Positions 14,815-27,028 of a stretch of DNA of 64,000 nucleotides are shown piece by piece. Below the pieces are notes generated by a model, which searched no databases, was not told the origin of the DNA, and saw only the letters and a program-made list of their open reading frames with translations. The position numbers and the translations under genes were made by a program. Positions within the stretch are counted from its first letter, which is position 1, and every line of letters begins with the position of its first letter. Source of the stretch: Vicugna vicugna (lineage: Eukaryota); contig MU058213.1 of NCBI GenBank assembly GCA_013265495.1, positions 4,092,001 through 4,156,000 on the forward strand, read 5' to 3'.

Positions 14815-14995
14815 TGCTAGGAAAGATCTCAAAATTTCTTATCACAAGAAAAGAATTCTGAAACTACATATGGTGATCGACTTTAACTAGACTTACTGTG
14901 ATGACTGTTTCACAATGTATACAAATACTGATTCACTAAGTTATATACCTGAAACTAACATAATGTTGTATATCAATCATTCCTCAATAAAAATT
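14815..14995 (+). mobile_element. L1 3' end fragment (L1MA-like)
   Basis: tatacctgaaactaacataatgttgtatatcaat...ctcaataaaaa terminus. Confidence 0.7.
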
Positions 14996-17204
14996 TTTTT
15001 TTAATTTAATAGAAAGATAAGCCTTTCTTACCACACCCTACACAAATTACAGGTTTGTGACTAAATAAATCATTGTTATTTTTTTTTAAAAAGTTGTTAT
15101 GGAAACAGGTATTGAAGAAACCCAAACCACTCTGAAAATTTGAGGCCTAACAGGCAGATATTTGTGTTTAAACCTTAATATGCAGCATTAAAAAAAAAAT
15201 CAGTAAAGCTGTATGACTTAATTGTAAGCAAGCACAATCATGCTTCAGGATAAATACTTTCTTCATTGGCATTTTCCAAAACAGTTCTTTAACAGAAGTA
15301 TAAAGTTAATACTGTTAAACACTTTCCTGGGAAACAACTCTGGTTAATTTAGACACAATTTCAAAGAGCAGGCACATATTATTCAACAATAACTGGTTGA
15401 AGTAATTATCTAAAATGGAATTTTTAATGTCTCCAAAAACAGTTCAGAGAGATAGCAAATTCCATACTAAGGGCAGAGGAGGTGCTAGGACTGGGATCCA
15501 GAAGATCCACACATTTATTTAGCTATCAGATCTTGGCCAAGTAAGTCACTTCTGAACTACAAGTTATTCACCTCTTAAACTTAAAAAATAGCCATAATTG
15601 TGTTTTAAATGTACTTGCACTTCTTGGTACATTGTACGTATTAAATCAAGTAGTTGTCACAACAGTACTAATAAAGCCCTAATGTCGTAACACATTTTAT
15701 AAACAGGCAAACTAAGCTCAGGTGTGGTTACATAAGGTTCCCAACACGGCCCTGCTTATTACTGATGGAGCTGTAATTACAGCCTGGGTCTGCAGGATTA
15801 CAAAGGCTTAATTAAGCTTTTGTGATATACTCTTAAGCTATATCACAATGACTTTTAAAATGATAATATATTCTTGCTACCTAAAAGAGATCTGAAAGAG
15901 ATATTGAAGTATAAAGATATTACATGAAAAAGTAAACACACACATACACACAAAACATGACATAAAATGAAAAATAGTTACAATTTATTAAAAGCAGTGG
16001 CTTCCAAAATTCATAGTAAATTCCCTTAAAAAGAATTCTCAATTCATGCCAGAATAAATCTATGACATTCTTAACAGTGAACATTAAAAATCACTTGGAA
16101 AGCTTTTTAAAATGTTTTATTTCCCAGACTCAACTACCCAGTCCAATTGACAAAATTTCTCCTTTTAGAAACTCCCCAAGATTGGGAACAATCAACTGAG
16201 GTGCTTAGACTTAAAAAATATGCCCATAAAAGTAAAACATTTTAAGTTAGAAAAAGCTCTAGTTTCTAACTTTTATAACACCAAAGATGCCACCCCTCAT
16301 TTTGTTATTTTTCTCTCCCTAGGTTCAACATTGGAAAGGTTTTTATCCATCAAATTTAATTAAATAATAAAGCTGCTTTTTCTGATTTTCTATCCCCCAA
16401 ATGCCAAACAGCTTACAATAAGCTTGAGAAAACCACCAAGTTCACTTGACTCCAATAACAAATAATCTTTACATTTTGGGTAGCCTGCTATCTTTCGAAA
16501 CACGAGAAATGACCTGTGGAACCTTAGGATCCAAGATTAAAAGTCAGTGTTCTGGGTAAAATTCTCTCTCATTTTAGAAAGAAGAAAAGGAGGGTCAGAG
16601 AGGTTTTGATAATGCTTAAGTTAAGAACAAGGAAGAATCAACATTCAAGTCTCTTGCTTCAATATAAGTTTTTTAAACTACTAGTCTAGGGCTCATATCA
16701 ATACAAATGATTATTTCAGAGTACTAAAGCCACTGAAAAGATCTGGGGGGTGGTAAAGGGAAGCTGTTTGCCCAAAGACATTTCTATTTTTTATGATACA
16801 TACATCTTCAAAGTGTAGGTGGGAGTTGAGTTTATTGAACCATAGATTTTCCTTTTCTATGAAAGATATCTCCTCAAAATATCAATTTTTAGTGCTAACA
16901 TATATGTAAATTACCTTATAGTAACATGATATGAAATAATGAAAAATGGATTATTCATACTAAAAATATTTAGATTATTTAGATTCAATTCTGGTTTTGA
17001 ACTTGAATATTTGCAAGAAAATTTACAAGTGATTTGGTAGTTGTTTCACTCACTATAAAAAGAACAAACATTTGAAGGAAAATTTAGTATTTCTGTAATT
17101 CCAATGCCAAACAGCTTAAGTTATCAGCATGAAAAAAACCATTGAGTTAATTCAATTCCAACTAGTAGCAAAGAATCTTTCCATTTTGGGTAACTTTTTT
17201 TTAA

Positions 17205-19150
17205 CTCCTTGGATTCAGGACCCCTTAAACATTTAAAAATTACTGAGAACCCAAAAGAGTTTTTATTTAAGTAGGTTACATCTATCGATATTTTCCATAT
17301 TACAGATTAAAACAGAATTTTTTAAAATATTTGTTTATTTTCATTTAAAATAACAATAATAAGCCCATTACAAATTACCATAACATTTTTATAAAAAATG
17401 ACTAGCCAACACAAAAAATTAGTGAAAATAGTGGCACTGTTATACATTTCTGCAAATCTCTTTAATGTCTAGATTTATCAAAAATTGCTGTACTCTCCTA
17501 TCTGTTTCTGCTTTCATTCTTTTAGAATGTTGTTTTGGATAAAGAATATAAAGACAATCTGCCTTCAGAAAGATTAACAGTTGAAAAAGAGAGTATTATA
17601 ATAGCAATTTAGGATAAATGTGGATATATTTGTTTGATACTACACCAAAACTCAATAATATTTTCTTAAAGGTCTGGTGCAATGTGGAATCTGAGTTCTT
17701 ACTGTGAACTTCCTGAACTTTGTTACATTAAAATCTAATGGTCTATCTTCCACTATGAATGAATCTTTTATCCAAGCATTTTATAACATCATACATTGGT
17801 TATTTATAAAATATTGGTTTCTCTAAATTATTCAGATCTTCCAAATGTTGACAGAGTTCATTATACAATAACAAAAAATCATATTTATTAATACCATCAC
17901 AATCAGAAAAGTCTTTATGTATTGGGAAGCTGTCAAGATCATGATGGCAGATACAAGTCGTTCAAAATTCTAATTTTTGCTTTATAGCTCAAATTTCATC
18001 ATTGGCAAGAAATACTATCAGTTGTTTTTCTTTAAGTGACAGGTACACTTTGTTCAATTTTGAGAAAATGTCTGCCAAATAACCAAGACTGAAGAACTCA
18101 GTGTGTGTGGCAGACAGATTCTAAAGTAGCCCCCATGATCCCCACTCCCTGGGATTCCCTCCCTTAGAGTGTGGGCAAGACATGTGACTTGCTTCTAACC
18201 AACAAAATAGAGCAAAAGTGACAGGACTTCCTGATTTTTTTTTGTATGTGATTACATTACATAAGGTTGTAATGCCTTAGCAGGATTGCTAAGGATTCTT
18301 TCTCCCTTATAGGCTTTCAGGAAGCAAGAAACCATCTATGTTGGGAAGACCCACCTGGCAAGGAACCAGTCAAAAGCCAGTAATATACTGAAACTCTCAA
18401 TCTGACAGCCCTTAAGGATCTGAATGCTGCCAATAACCATGAGAACTTGGAAGCAGATACTTCCTCAGCTGAGCTTCAGATGAGGCTGCAAGTTCAGAGC
18501 GCATACCTTCAATGTAGTCTCCAGAGAGCCTGAAGCAGGGGATTTAGCTAAGCTATGATCTGATTCCAACTCACAAAAACTGAGATAATAACTGTGTGGT
18601 TTTAAACTACTAAATTAATAATATCAATACCCAGAAATAAACAAACACCATAGCTTGTTAGTCATTCTTTCAAGTAAAAATGGTCCACTTTTTAAAAGTG
18701 GGTAGTTTAGCTCATGGTTCAATCACTTTTCCTCAAGATAATCATTATAGCTCAGGCACAGAAGTGCTTTATGTACACTACCCATTTCATCACACAAAAT
18801 ATCTTGAAAGACACATACTCAAGGGTAGAGAGTTAACAAAACTAATGACGTTTTAATACTTCATCAAGGGAATTGAGAATGACTGGAATAATTTTTATTG
18901 TGAGTGCATGGTGGTGACAACTATCAAAATTACTAGTACAGCTTGCTACCACTGTCTTTATTCATACTAAGGCACCAGCAATTTACCCACCACTGCTTTT
19001 GTATCATCGTTGCAAATGTCAACACAGTGAAAAACGTAAATAGTGTCTTTGTGTTGTTATAACAATGGGATCATGGGTTGATCCCAAACCCATGAAGGAG
19101 TCTCAGGGAAACCTCAGGGGAACTAGAGACTACACTTTGAACAAGTGTTG
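17205..19150. mobile_element. hAT-Charlie (Charlie1-like) DNA transposon, interrupted by an MLT LTR
   Basis: Charlie1-like segments caggacccctt...gagaacccaaaagag, gcaaatctctttaatgtct and terminal ...tacactttgaac. Confidence 0.75.
18106..18647 (+). mobile_element. MLT1-type MaLR solo LTR nested in the Charlie element
   Basis: tgtggcagacagattctaaagtagcccccatgatcccc start; cttcagatgag and aaactgagataataa...gttttaa end motifs. Confidence 0.75.
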
Positions 19151-19229
19151 TTGCACTAAGGCAATGCTCCCATTTTTTAAAAAAGTATACATTTACACAC
19201 AACACATATCCATGTATGAATACAAACAC

Positions 19230-19450
19230 ATGTAAACTATGGGCTGGTCTGGATCAAAATCCCAGATGCATCCATTTCCAGCTATGTGACCTTCAGTGAA
19301 TGATTTAACCCATGTGAGCCTCAGTTTCCTCAACTATAAAACATAGATAAATAATAGTGCCTACTTCATTTAAAAATTGAGATTAATTTATGTATAGTAT
19401 TTAGCACAAAGCCTTATACATATTGACAGCTCAATAAATATTAACTATTA
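19230..19450 (+). mobile_element. MIR SINE
   Basis: agctatgtgacctt...gagcctcagtttcctcaactataaaa...gctcaataaatatta. Confidence 0.8.
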
Positions 19451-19881
19451 CTTTTTGTTAAGAGTTTTTGAATTAACTAAACTATGAAGGTATGTTTTCA
19501 GAATAAAAAGCTATGGTAGCCTCTCAATAACTTTCCCAATTAAGAACTTGGCCCAGTTTACAATCTGAAATAGTTTGCCCTTATTCATTACTGATTATAT
19601 TGGTTATACTTTTATTCGTGTTTTGATAGCACAGTTTTCAATATTGTACCTATTTAGTTTGAGCATATTACCTGACTTAGGAACAGGCTGGGTAATTTGT
19701 TCTTGCAATTATTATGTGGGTACTGGGTGAGCTATCATAAAGATGGTGACATTTTCTGATACTGATTGATTCTATTGGGTGACTATTCATAGTAGTCCAG
19801 AATTTCACTGGGCATTGTTGATATTGATAAATAATATCCAATGTATCCCTAAGCTGACTGTGTAGTTTCAGAAACACTTAC

Positions 19882-20021
19882 AGGTTTAGACAAAGGCTGA
19901 ACAATAACAGAACTATCTGAAGATCTAGATTCAGGATGAAAGTTTACTGGCGAGGCAGCCACTGGATTTGATGTTGGGTTCGTGTAGTGTTGACTTGTAG
20001 GCTTGAATGCAGCAGTAATAC
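19882..20021 (-). CDS. ZNF280D: ZNF280D coding exon 6 (140 nt): GITAAFKPTSQHYTNPTSNPVAASPVNFHPESRSSDSSVIVQPLSKP
   Basis: Acceptor aatacag|GT, donor CCT|gtaagt. Confidence 0.94.
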
Positions 20022-20121
20022 CTGTATTTTAAAATTACACAATACATTGAATATTTTTCTATATAATCAATGGTGTCAAAATACTTCACATTAAAACTAA
20101 AACAGTAAAATAATACTGTAC

Positions 20122-20187
20122 CTCGGCTGAGTGCACCATTCTTGATTCCCCTTGAATATGAGCTGGGGTTTACTCTATTCAAAATAT
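20122..20187 (-). CDS. ZNF280D: ZNF280D coding exon 5 (66 nt): NILNRVNPSSYSRGIKNGALSR
   Basis: Acceptor ttttttatag|AT, donor G|gtacag; 100-bp intron to exon 6. Confidence 0.94.
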
Positions 20188-22866
20188 CTATAAAAAATTA
20201 CATTTATTTTAAAATTCATTGTTTGAATGAAATACATATTAAGATAAAGAAATCATAAATTGAAAACAAACAGATTTCTGGACGGCGTATACAAGTTAAC
20301 GCTGATTTAAGAATACAGTTAATTTTAAATATATAAATCTTTATGTACTAAAGAAATATGATTACCCATCTTAACTGTTTCATAGAATAAGAACAGTCAA
20401 TCTTCCTAACTGTAATCAAAATCTAAAGCCCTAAGTAAAAGATTGATCAACGGAAGTACTAAGACAAATCTTCTGCATAGCAAAGAAACAGTCCACATAA
20501 TCAGCAAAAATTTTCCAAATACAAACTCATATACAACTATAATTAAAGTATATATCTTTGAAGGATGAAAGGACTATATATATACTCAGGTTCCTATTAC
20601 TCAAAATCAAAGCCTTGTCCAACTTTCATGTCCTAGTCACACCCCTAAAAGCCCTGAAGCATCATTATGAGGGAACTCATTGGATTATCTGCACCATTAC
20701 TTGAGTCCTGAAAGGGAAACTATCAGAGACTGTAGACTAAAATGAACCTACAGTTTACCAGACTACCTAATAACTTAAGGGGTTTCAAGTCTACCACTAC
20801 ACTAAAAGTCAATCAGAACCTACGATGACTTTCAGGGTCAGTTTAAGGTTCCTAACTGAATGCACGCATGTGAACTCAGTAATTTACAGGCTGTTAAGTA
20901 TCAAAGTAAAATTCAGAAAAGTGAGGACTTGGCTAAAATTGTTGGTTAGAAAAAGGTAAAAGCACAAACATGAGATATCATATAAATTTCCTTCTTTTCT
21001 CTCATAGTAGAAAGGAACCAGCTCCCATAAAATAATTCTATAAAGTAAAGGGCCACACAAAAGTAGGATTGGTTTCTGATAATTGCAATACAGGGCACTA
21101 TACCTAACTACAGATGTCTTAAAGAAGAAAAATCTGCTCAAATAATTCAACACCATTTTCATTTCAAAATTCAAGATTAAGTATTTACTCAAACCATCAA
21201 GGAAGTAATGCTAAAGTATTGTTTGGTGGTTGTGTTCTACAAAACAAAAATTTTTACCTTTCTTTCTAGCAATTATATATAAACATTTAACTCGTACTCC
21301 ATATGTTAAAATATTTTATGGCTTATACACAAATAACAATAAATTTAAATTCTGCATTTTAACAGTATAGAAAATTAATTCTACTAGGGTAAATCTCCTT
21401 TAGACAGAATTATTTTAAAACTAATATACATTGTTCTGCTTTATATATAACTGAAAAATTGTGCTCTACACTGGAAATTGACATAACATTGTAAACTGAC
21501 TATAATTCAATTAAAAAAATTTAAAAAAAAATACATTCTTCTAGTTGAATACTGTTAATAGTCATCTACAATAAGTATAAATGCAATCTGAATCTTAATT
21601 TTGATGTTTTCAATAAGAGAACTTGAGTAACAACTTCACAGTATGGTGTTACTCCAGTATAAAATAATCACAATGACTAGAAATAGTAATGAAGAGTATA
21701 TACAGTTATGTTCCACGATCGTCAACAAGCATGCCATCATGCCTCATTCAATTTATAATTGAAGTGCCACTCCACTTAGAACCACTATGAGAAATTATCA
21801 ATCTACCGTGGAAAATGGTATTGAGAATTGGTTAAATTATTATCCCTCTGATAAAACTGAATAGAAGTGCCATTCTAAAAGAGGCAACAGAAGAAAGAAC
21901 CAGGCTTTCAGAAAATTTAAAAGTGGTCTCTTACACTTTTAAGCACTCAATGCCTTGGTAAGAAAACACTAGTATGCTGGTTACATTCTTCAGTAAATTC
22001 TTCTGACTTAAACAGGCAATCAAAACAACATAAATGCAGTGGAAAGAGATCTATTTTCTCTTTCTCCCCTGAAATGTGTACATTATTTCTCTTCACTTCT
22101 ATACATTTTTGAACAGGCATTTTATCAAGTGTCATTGGTCTTTAACATTATAACAATGTCAAATGCAATTACTCTAACTGAAATTTAATCATTCACAAAG
22201 GTACTGAGGTATTCTGCTAGAAAACCAGAAGGATTTAAGTGTTAACTAACTGCTACACCATCCAAATACAGTGGCTGCAGACAGTGTCTTTCTCCTTCAT
22301 GAATATGAATGAGAGTTGCTGGAAGATGGACGTGGCCAGAAACTGCAGTCCCCGTTAGCACAAAGGCCAGGGAGACTGTGCAATCTTTCACTGCTTATAC
22401 ATCTTGTAGGTATGTAGAGATGACACTGCAATAAGGCGGTTGCTTGGATGTGAGAACCCCTGTCTAAGACTAACCCAGACTTATTTAGTGAATTCTGACA
22501 TTTTAAGCAAAGTATTCTAAACTCTTCTGTTTCTGAGTTTAAGTGGAAGAAAAATAAAAAAAAAAAAACAAGCAGATAAATAGGTTACTTGGCTCCACTA
22601 AAACTTAACGATCCTTAATACGAAAAGTCACCAGTTAATCTTAGTCCATTTCTTTTTCTTACACCTGATATTTTAATGTCTTACCTCCTTCCTCAAGTTT
22701 GCAGTCAAAACCCTGATTCTGAATTTCGTACTGACCCCCACTCAATCTTTCATTCCCAACTCTTTACAGATAAACAGGGACTTAAATACCTGTAAGACAG
22801 CTCACATGTTTGTCCATTGGAAACAGTATCTTACAACACTGGGCTTCACTAAAAGTAAATGCTTAC

Positions 22867-23002
22867 TTGAAATTGCTGGTTTTGAACTTGTTATCTCTCC
22901 AACAAAGATTGGTTCATCGTCATCATCATCATCAACCTCTTTCACTTTCTTCTGCCATGGTTCCAACTCTTCCTCTTCGCATTCCATAAAGAGTTCTGCC
23001 AT
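22867..23002 (-). CDS. ZNF280D: ZNF280D exon 4 coding part (exon 22867..23013, 147 nt) with probable start ATG: MAELFMECEEEELEPWQKKVKEVDDDDDDEPIFVGEITSSKPAIS
   Basis: Acceptor aaattag| at 23015-23014, ATG at 23002 in strong context (aaaATGG), donor A|gtaagc; ZNF280/POGZ-type N-terminal motif. Confidence 0.95.
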
Positions 23003-23399
23003 TTTTGAATTATCTAATTTTCAAAAGGAAAGAAGCAAACCTTATTTTCAAAAAGAAAAATAAATAAATTTTTGCAATACATAGTATGACATTTAAGATA
23101 TACTTTAATAATCCTAATAGCAGTTTCTGAATTGATATTCATAATTGGTACATGGTAGCAACAGAGAGAAACCCAGAGCTCATTCTCTAAGATATAACCT
23201 ACTAAAATTCAGATAAAGAGATGAAAGAGAGACAGACAGACAGATAGACAGACAGATAAATAATGCTTGACAGTACTTTTTTTTCCCCAGTGGACAGAAA
23301 ATTTGGGAACAAAGTGAGTTTCAGTCACATGCCTGAAGTATGATTACTTCTACAAAAAAACCCTATATCTAGACATTATCTGAAAAAAATGTATTAATA

Positions 23400-24950
23400 A
23401 AAGGGAGATAAACTAAGAATAAGAGGTAACACATAGGAGATATACTAGAAAAACTAACCAAACTCAGGAATGCCAATACAGAGCAAAGCAGGGATGAGGT
23501 GCTAGACTAAGATAGAAGAACAAAGTGAGGCTTTTTCCATTCAGGGAAAATTAAGACATTTCTCGCCTGAGGAAACAGGCCAAAGAACATACAGTAAATA
23601 TCACCATCCTAGAAGTTCTGACCAAGCACAGAGCTCCTGGGAAGCATTTTAGTGCCTCAGTCTTCAATACAAATAGACAACTAATAAACATCAAAAATTT
23701 TAGAAAAACCTCCTGTCCTTCAGACCAAAATCAACAAAATAAAGAATCCTAAGGAAAAGAGAGATTGCAAAAAAGCAAGGCAAATACTAGAGGAAATATA
23801 ATTAGCATTTTAGAGATATGAGACAAAAAGCAATGTTACAAAAAGTAATGCTCAGAAAACAAAAAATAGAATTAAAATATGATAGCCAAAATTTATTTCA
23901 GTTACAAAAAAATCAGAATTTAATAAATAAAGAATATATATATATGCACACACTCACACACACAAACACACATATGTATACATAAACTAAATAGAGAAGA
24001 TGACACTAGGTTGTTAGAAAATCAATTTCAAAGGTATAACACTTACCTAATAAAATTTGAAAAAAGATGATTGAGAAAAAGCAGGAGGGTAGGTTAGAAA
24101 AAAATAATGCATGAAAATTTTCTAGATCAGAAGACGAAAATCTCTGGGTTGAAAGGCCCCATTAGTACTTAACACAACAATCAAGAGAAAAGTTACACCA
24201 AGACATATCATTACCAAATTTCAGAACAAAAAAGATAAAGAAAACATCCTCAGATCTGCAGAGGTGGCGGGTGAGGTGCAGGAGACAGGAAACAGGTCAT
24301 ATAAGATCAAGAGTAATTAGAACAGAAGCTAGAAGACAGTAAAATAATACTTTAAAAATTCTTAGCAATTCTTCAATTTAGAATTCTATACACCCAGGCA
24401 AACTTTTCATCAAGTGTGAGAGTAAGGACCAGCAACATGACACAAGATTTACTTCCCAGGTACCCTTTCTCAGGACGCTACTAGGGAATCCACAAAACCT
24501 GAGATTCAATTAAGAAAGAAGAAGACACAGGATGTACAAAACATGGCATTCAACACAATACAACAAAGGTTCAGTAGGCCTAGAGAACAACCAGTCCAGG
24601 CTAGTCAAGAGAACAGCACCTTTAGGAGGAATACCTCTAGAAGACCAAAGATGATTAGAATATTAACTTTAAGACTACTTAAGTTTTACTGTGTAGGAAA
24701 CTGAACTGAGAGGCTCCTGAAAGTGTGAGAAGACCTGGCTATAGATTTCAATAAAAAAACATGAAAAGTATTAATTGCTGGAAAAAACAAAAGAAAGAAA
24801 GAAAAAAAGTAAAAGGAAACCTATCCTCTCATATGCTATTCTATGTAGAACAGTGTATTAATAGCATATTACCACGCTCATCAGTGAACAGTATTTACTA
24901 TGGTCATCATAATGAAAATACCTAATACAGATTTAACCAAAAATTAGGTA
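23400..24950 (+). mobile_element. Ancient HAL1/L1ME-like remnant
   Basis: L1 ORF1-like pieces (caccaagacatatcattaccaaatttcagaac; tagaattctata...caaactttt); highly degraded. Confidence 0.5.
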
Positions 24951-25993
24951 ATTATATTGGAAATATTTGGAGGGAAAGAAGGGGTAGCTGTAAGAAAGCA
25001 AAAATCCTCATGAGAGAACATTACTACAAAATGGTTAAAACTGATTATGCAGGAGGAAGCATACATACATATGCACATAAGCACTCATCAAGAAACTGTG
25101 GAAACCATTTAAAGCCTTTTTAGGCTGTATGAATTTTTAAACTGTGTGTATATATTGCTTTTAGCTGAGATGGAGAAGAAAAAGAAAGAGGAAGAAGAGG
25201 GGATAAGGGGAAAAACAGAAATAGTACTGAAGGTATAAGCAAAAGTAAGAGCAATGGAGATGGATACAAGTGGTGCTTAACCAGATATACAAAAAAGAAA
25301 AAAAAATATATATATATATGAATGATACAGGGGAAGAAAGAAAAAAAAACCTCCAGGGTCTGGTTTAGACAATAATATCTTTAATTTATCATTTAATTGT
25401 AGTCATTTCTAAAGGTCATTTTTTATTATACCAAAGTAATACCACTTCTACTACTGACCCAAAATTAAGACAAAGTTCTACTGTGGTCTTATAAGATAGT
25501 ACTAATTGAAACAGTGCTTTGGGGATGGCATACAAAGGAAACATCTTCTTAAAGCAGGCGCCACTCTTTTATAAATTAAAAAAAAATTTCCCTTCTATCA
25601 ATGTATGTTACAAATCATTTCCTGGCCTAACATTATTTAAACATTTAGTATTCCACCAACCAAAAAAAAAAAAAAAAAAAAAAAAGGCCTTCTCATTTTC
25701 CCAAATGTCATGAACGCTATGAAGCAGCCCCATCTTTTCTAAACTATACTGTTTCACTAATTATATAGAGTGCTTCAAGTCAAATGATTGAAAATAATAT
25801 TATATGTTCAAGGCCAAACTGAGCTCCTTAAGAGTGTATTTCTCTCTTTGCATTAGATAAGCAGTAGGGATATAGTATACAATAATCTATGGACTAGGAA
25901 ACCAGGCAAAATCAGGCCATGCCTAATTTTAAAAGATAAGGGAAATTCACTGTACACTAATAATAAGGGTATCATTTATTTCCAGTTGGTACA

Positions 25994-26411
25994 TGTTAAG
26001 AGCTGAACTGTGTGTCTCCAAAATTCATATATTGAAGCCCTCACCTTCAATACCTCATATAATGTGACTATATTTGGAGGCAGAGTATTTAAAGGGGTAA
26101 TTAAGCTAAAATGAGGTTACAAGGGTGGGCAGCTAATCTACTATAACTGGTGTCCTTAAAAAAAGAGATCAGGACACAGATACAGGTATGGGGGTAAGAT
26201 CATCTGAAGACACAGGAAGCAGATGACTGTCTATAAGCCAAGGACAGAGGCCATCAACATATCCTTCCTTCATGGCCCTTGAAAGGAACTAACCCTTTCA
26301 ACACCTTGATCTTAGATTCCTAGCCTTCAGAATTGTGAGAAAATAAGTATCTGTTGTTTAAGCCATCTAGTCTATGATACTTTGTCATGGCAGCCCTAGC
26401 AAACTCACACA
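25994..26411 (+). mobile_element. MLT1A/B-like MaLR solo LTR
   Basis: tgtt...gaactgtgtgtctccaaaattcatatattgaagccct start; caccttgatcttagattcctagccttcagaattgtgag...ggcagccctagcaaact end. Confidence 0.85.
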
Positions 26412-26801
26412 GAAGACAAAAGTCTTTCTCACTCTTCTTACAGGGCACTGCCACTGTTAATACATCTAGGACACACCGTTGAGAAAAAATGTTTAAAGAT
26501 ACATAATAGCTTTACAATTTTTCTTAGAAATAGTTTTTGTCTATGCATAAAAGAAACATGTGATTATACATACCAAACTGGTAACAGTAGCTATCACTGG
26601 GCACAGGGAGAAAATTTTCATTTCTACTTTACTCATTTTCTAATTTACATTATTTCTTTTTATGGGAGCAGTTGTAACTTTAACAATTTTAAGTGTTTTT
26701 GTCTTTAAGGAAACGTGCCTATGTCTCATCCTTTCTCCTAAAGCAAAGTTATGAGGACAAAAACCACATATAGTACTATCAATCGTGGCAGCAACACTTA
26801 C

Positions 26802-26870
26802 ATTCTGGCTGAAAAGTGTTGTCCCCCACCAAGTTGAAGAGTTGGCTTTCTGTACTTTGTTATCTAAGTA
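26802..26870 (-). other. ZNF280D: ZNF280D exon 3 (69 nt), 5' leader exon containing GTG GGG GAC AAC ACT TTT CAG CCA GAA T
   Basis: Strong donor T|gtaagt; last 28 nt read VGDNTFQPE in frame with exon 4 and resemble human MGDNPFQPK (recalled). Acceptor gtgtcag| is my best candidate; another AG would start the exon at 26903. Confidence 0.75.
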
Positions 26871-26982
26871 CTGACACACGATATCAGTCAATTTTATAAG
26901 TCACTTTAAGTAAAGCCAAATATTGAAACGTGAAACTTGGGATTCAGAGATTCTTAGATCTAATTTTGACCTCCAAACTCAC

Positions 26983-27028
26983 CATGTATCTCCAGACGAG
27001 GCAGCAAGTTATATCTCAGTTTTCCTTA
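26983..27028 (-). other. ZNF280D: Putative ZNF280D 5'UTR exon 2 (~42-46 nt), MIR-derived
   Basis: Donor ATG|gtgagt and acceptor tttattttatag| (alternative AG 4 nt inside); overlaps a MIR core-like motif on the + strand (ctcagttttccttactataaaat). Confidence 0.55.

Noticed and set aside
22867..23013. Assignment to ZNF280C or to the ZNF280A/B paralogues
   Set aside because: KVKEV and NRVNPSSYSRG match ZNF280D as recalled, and the coding region is multi-exon, unlike ZNF280A/B.
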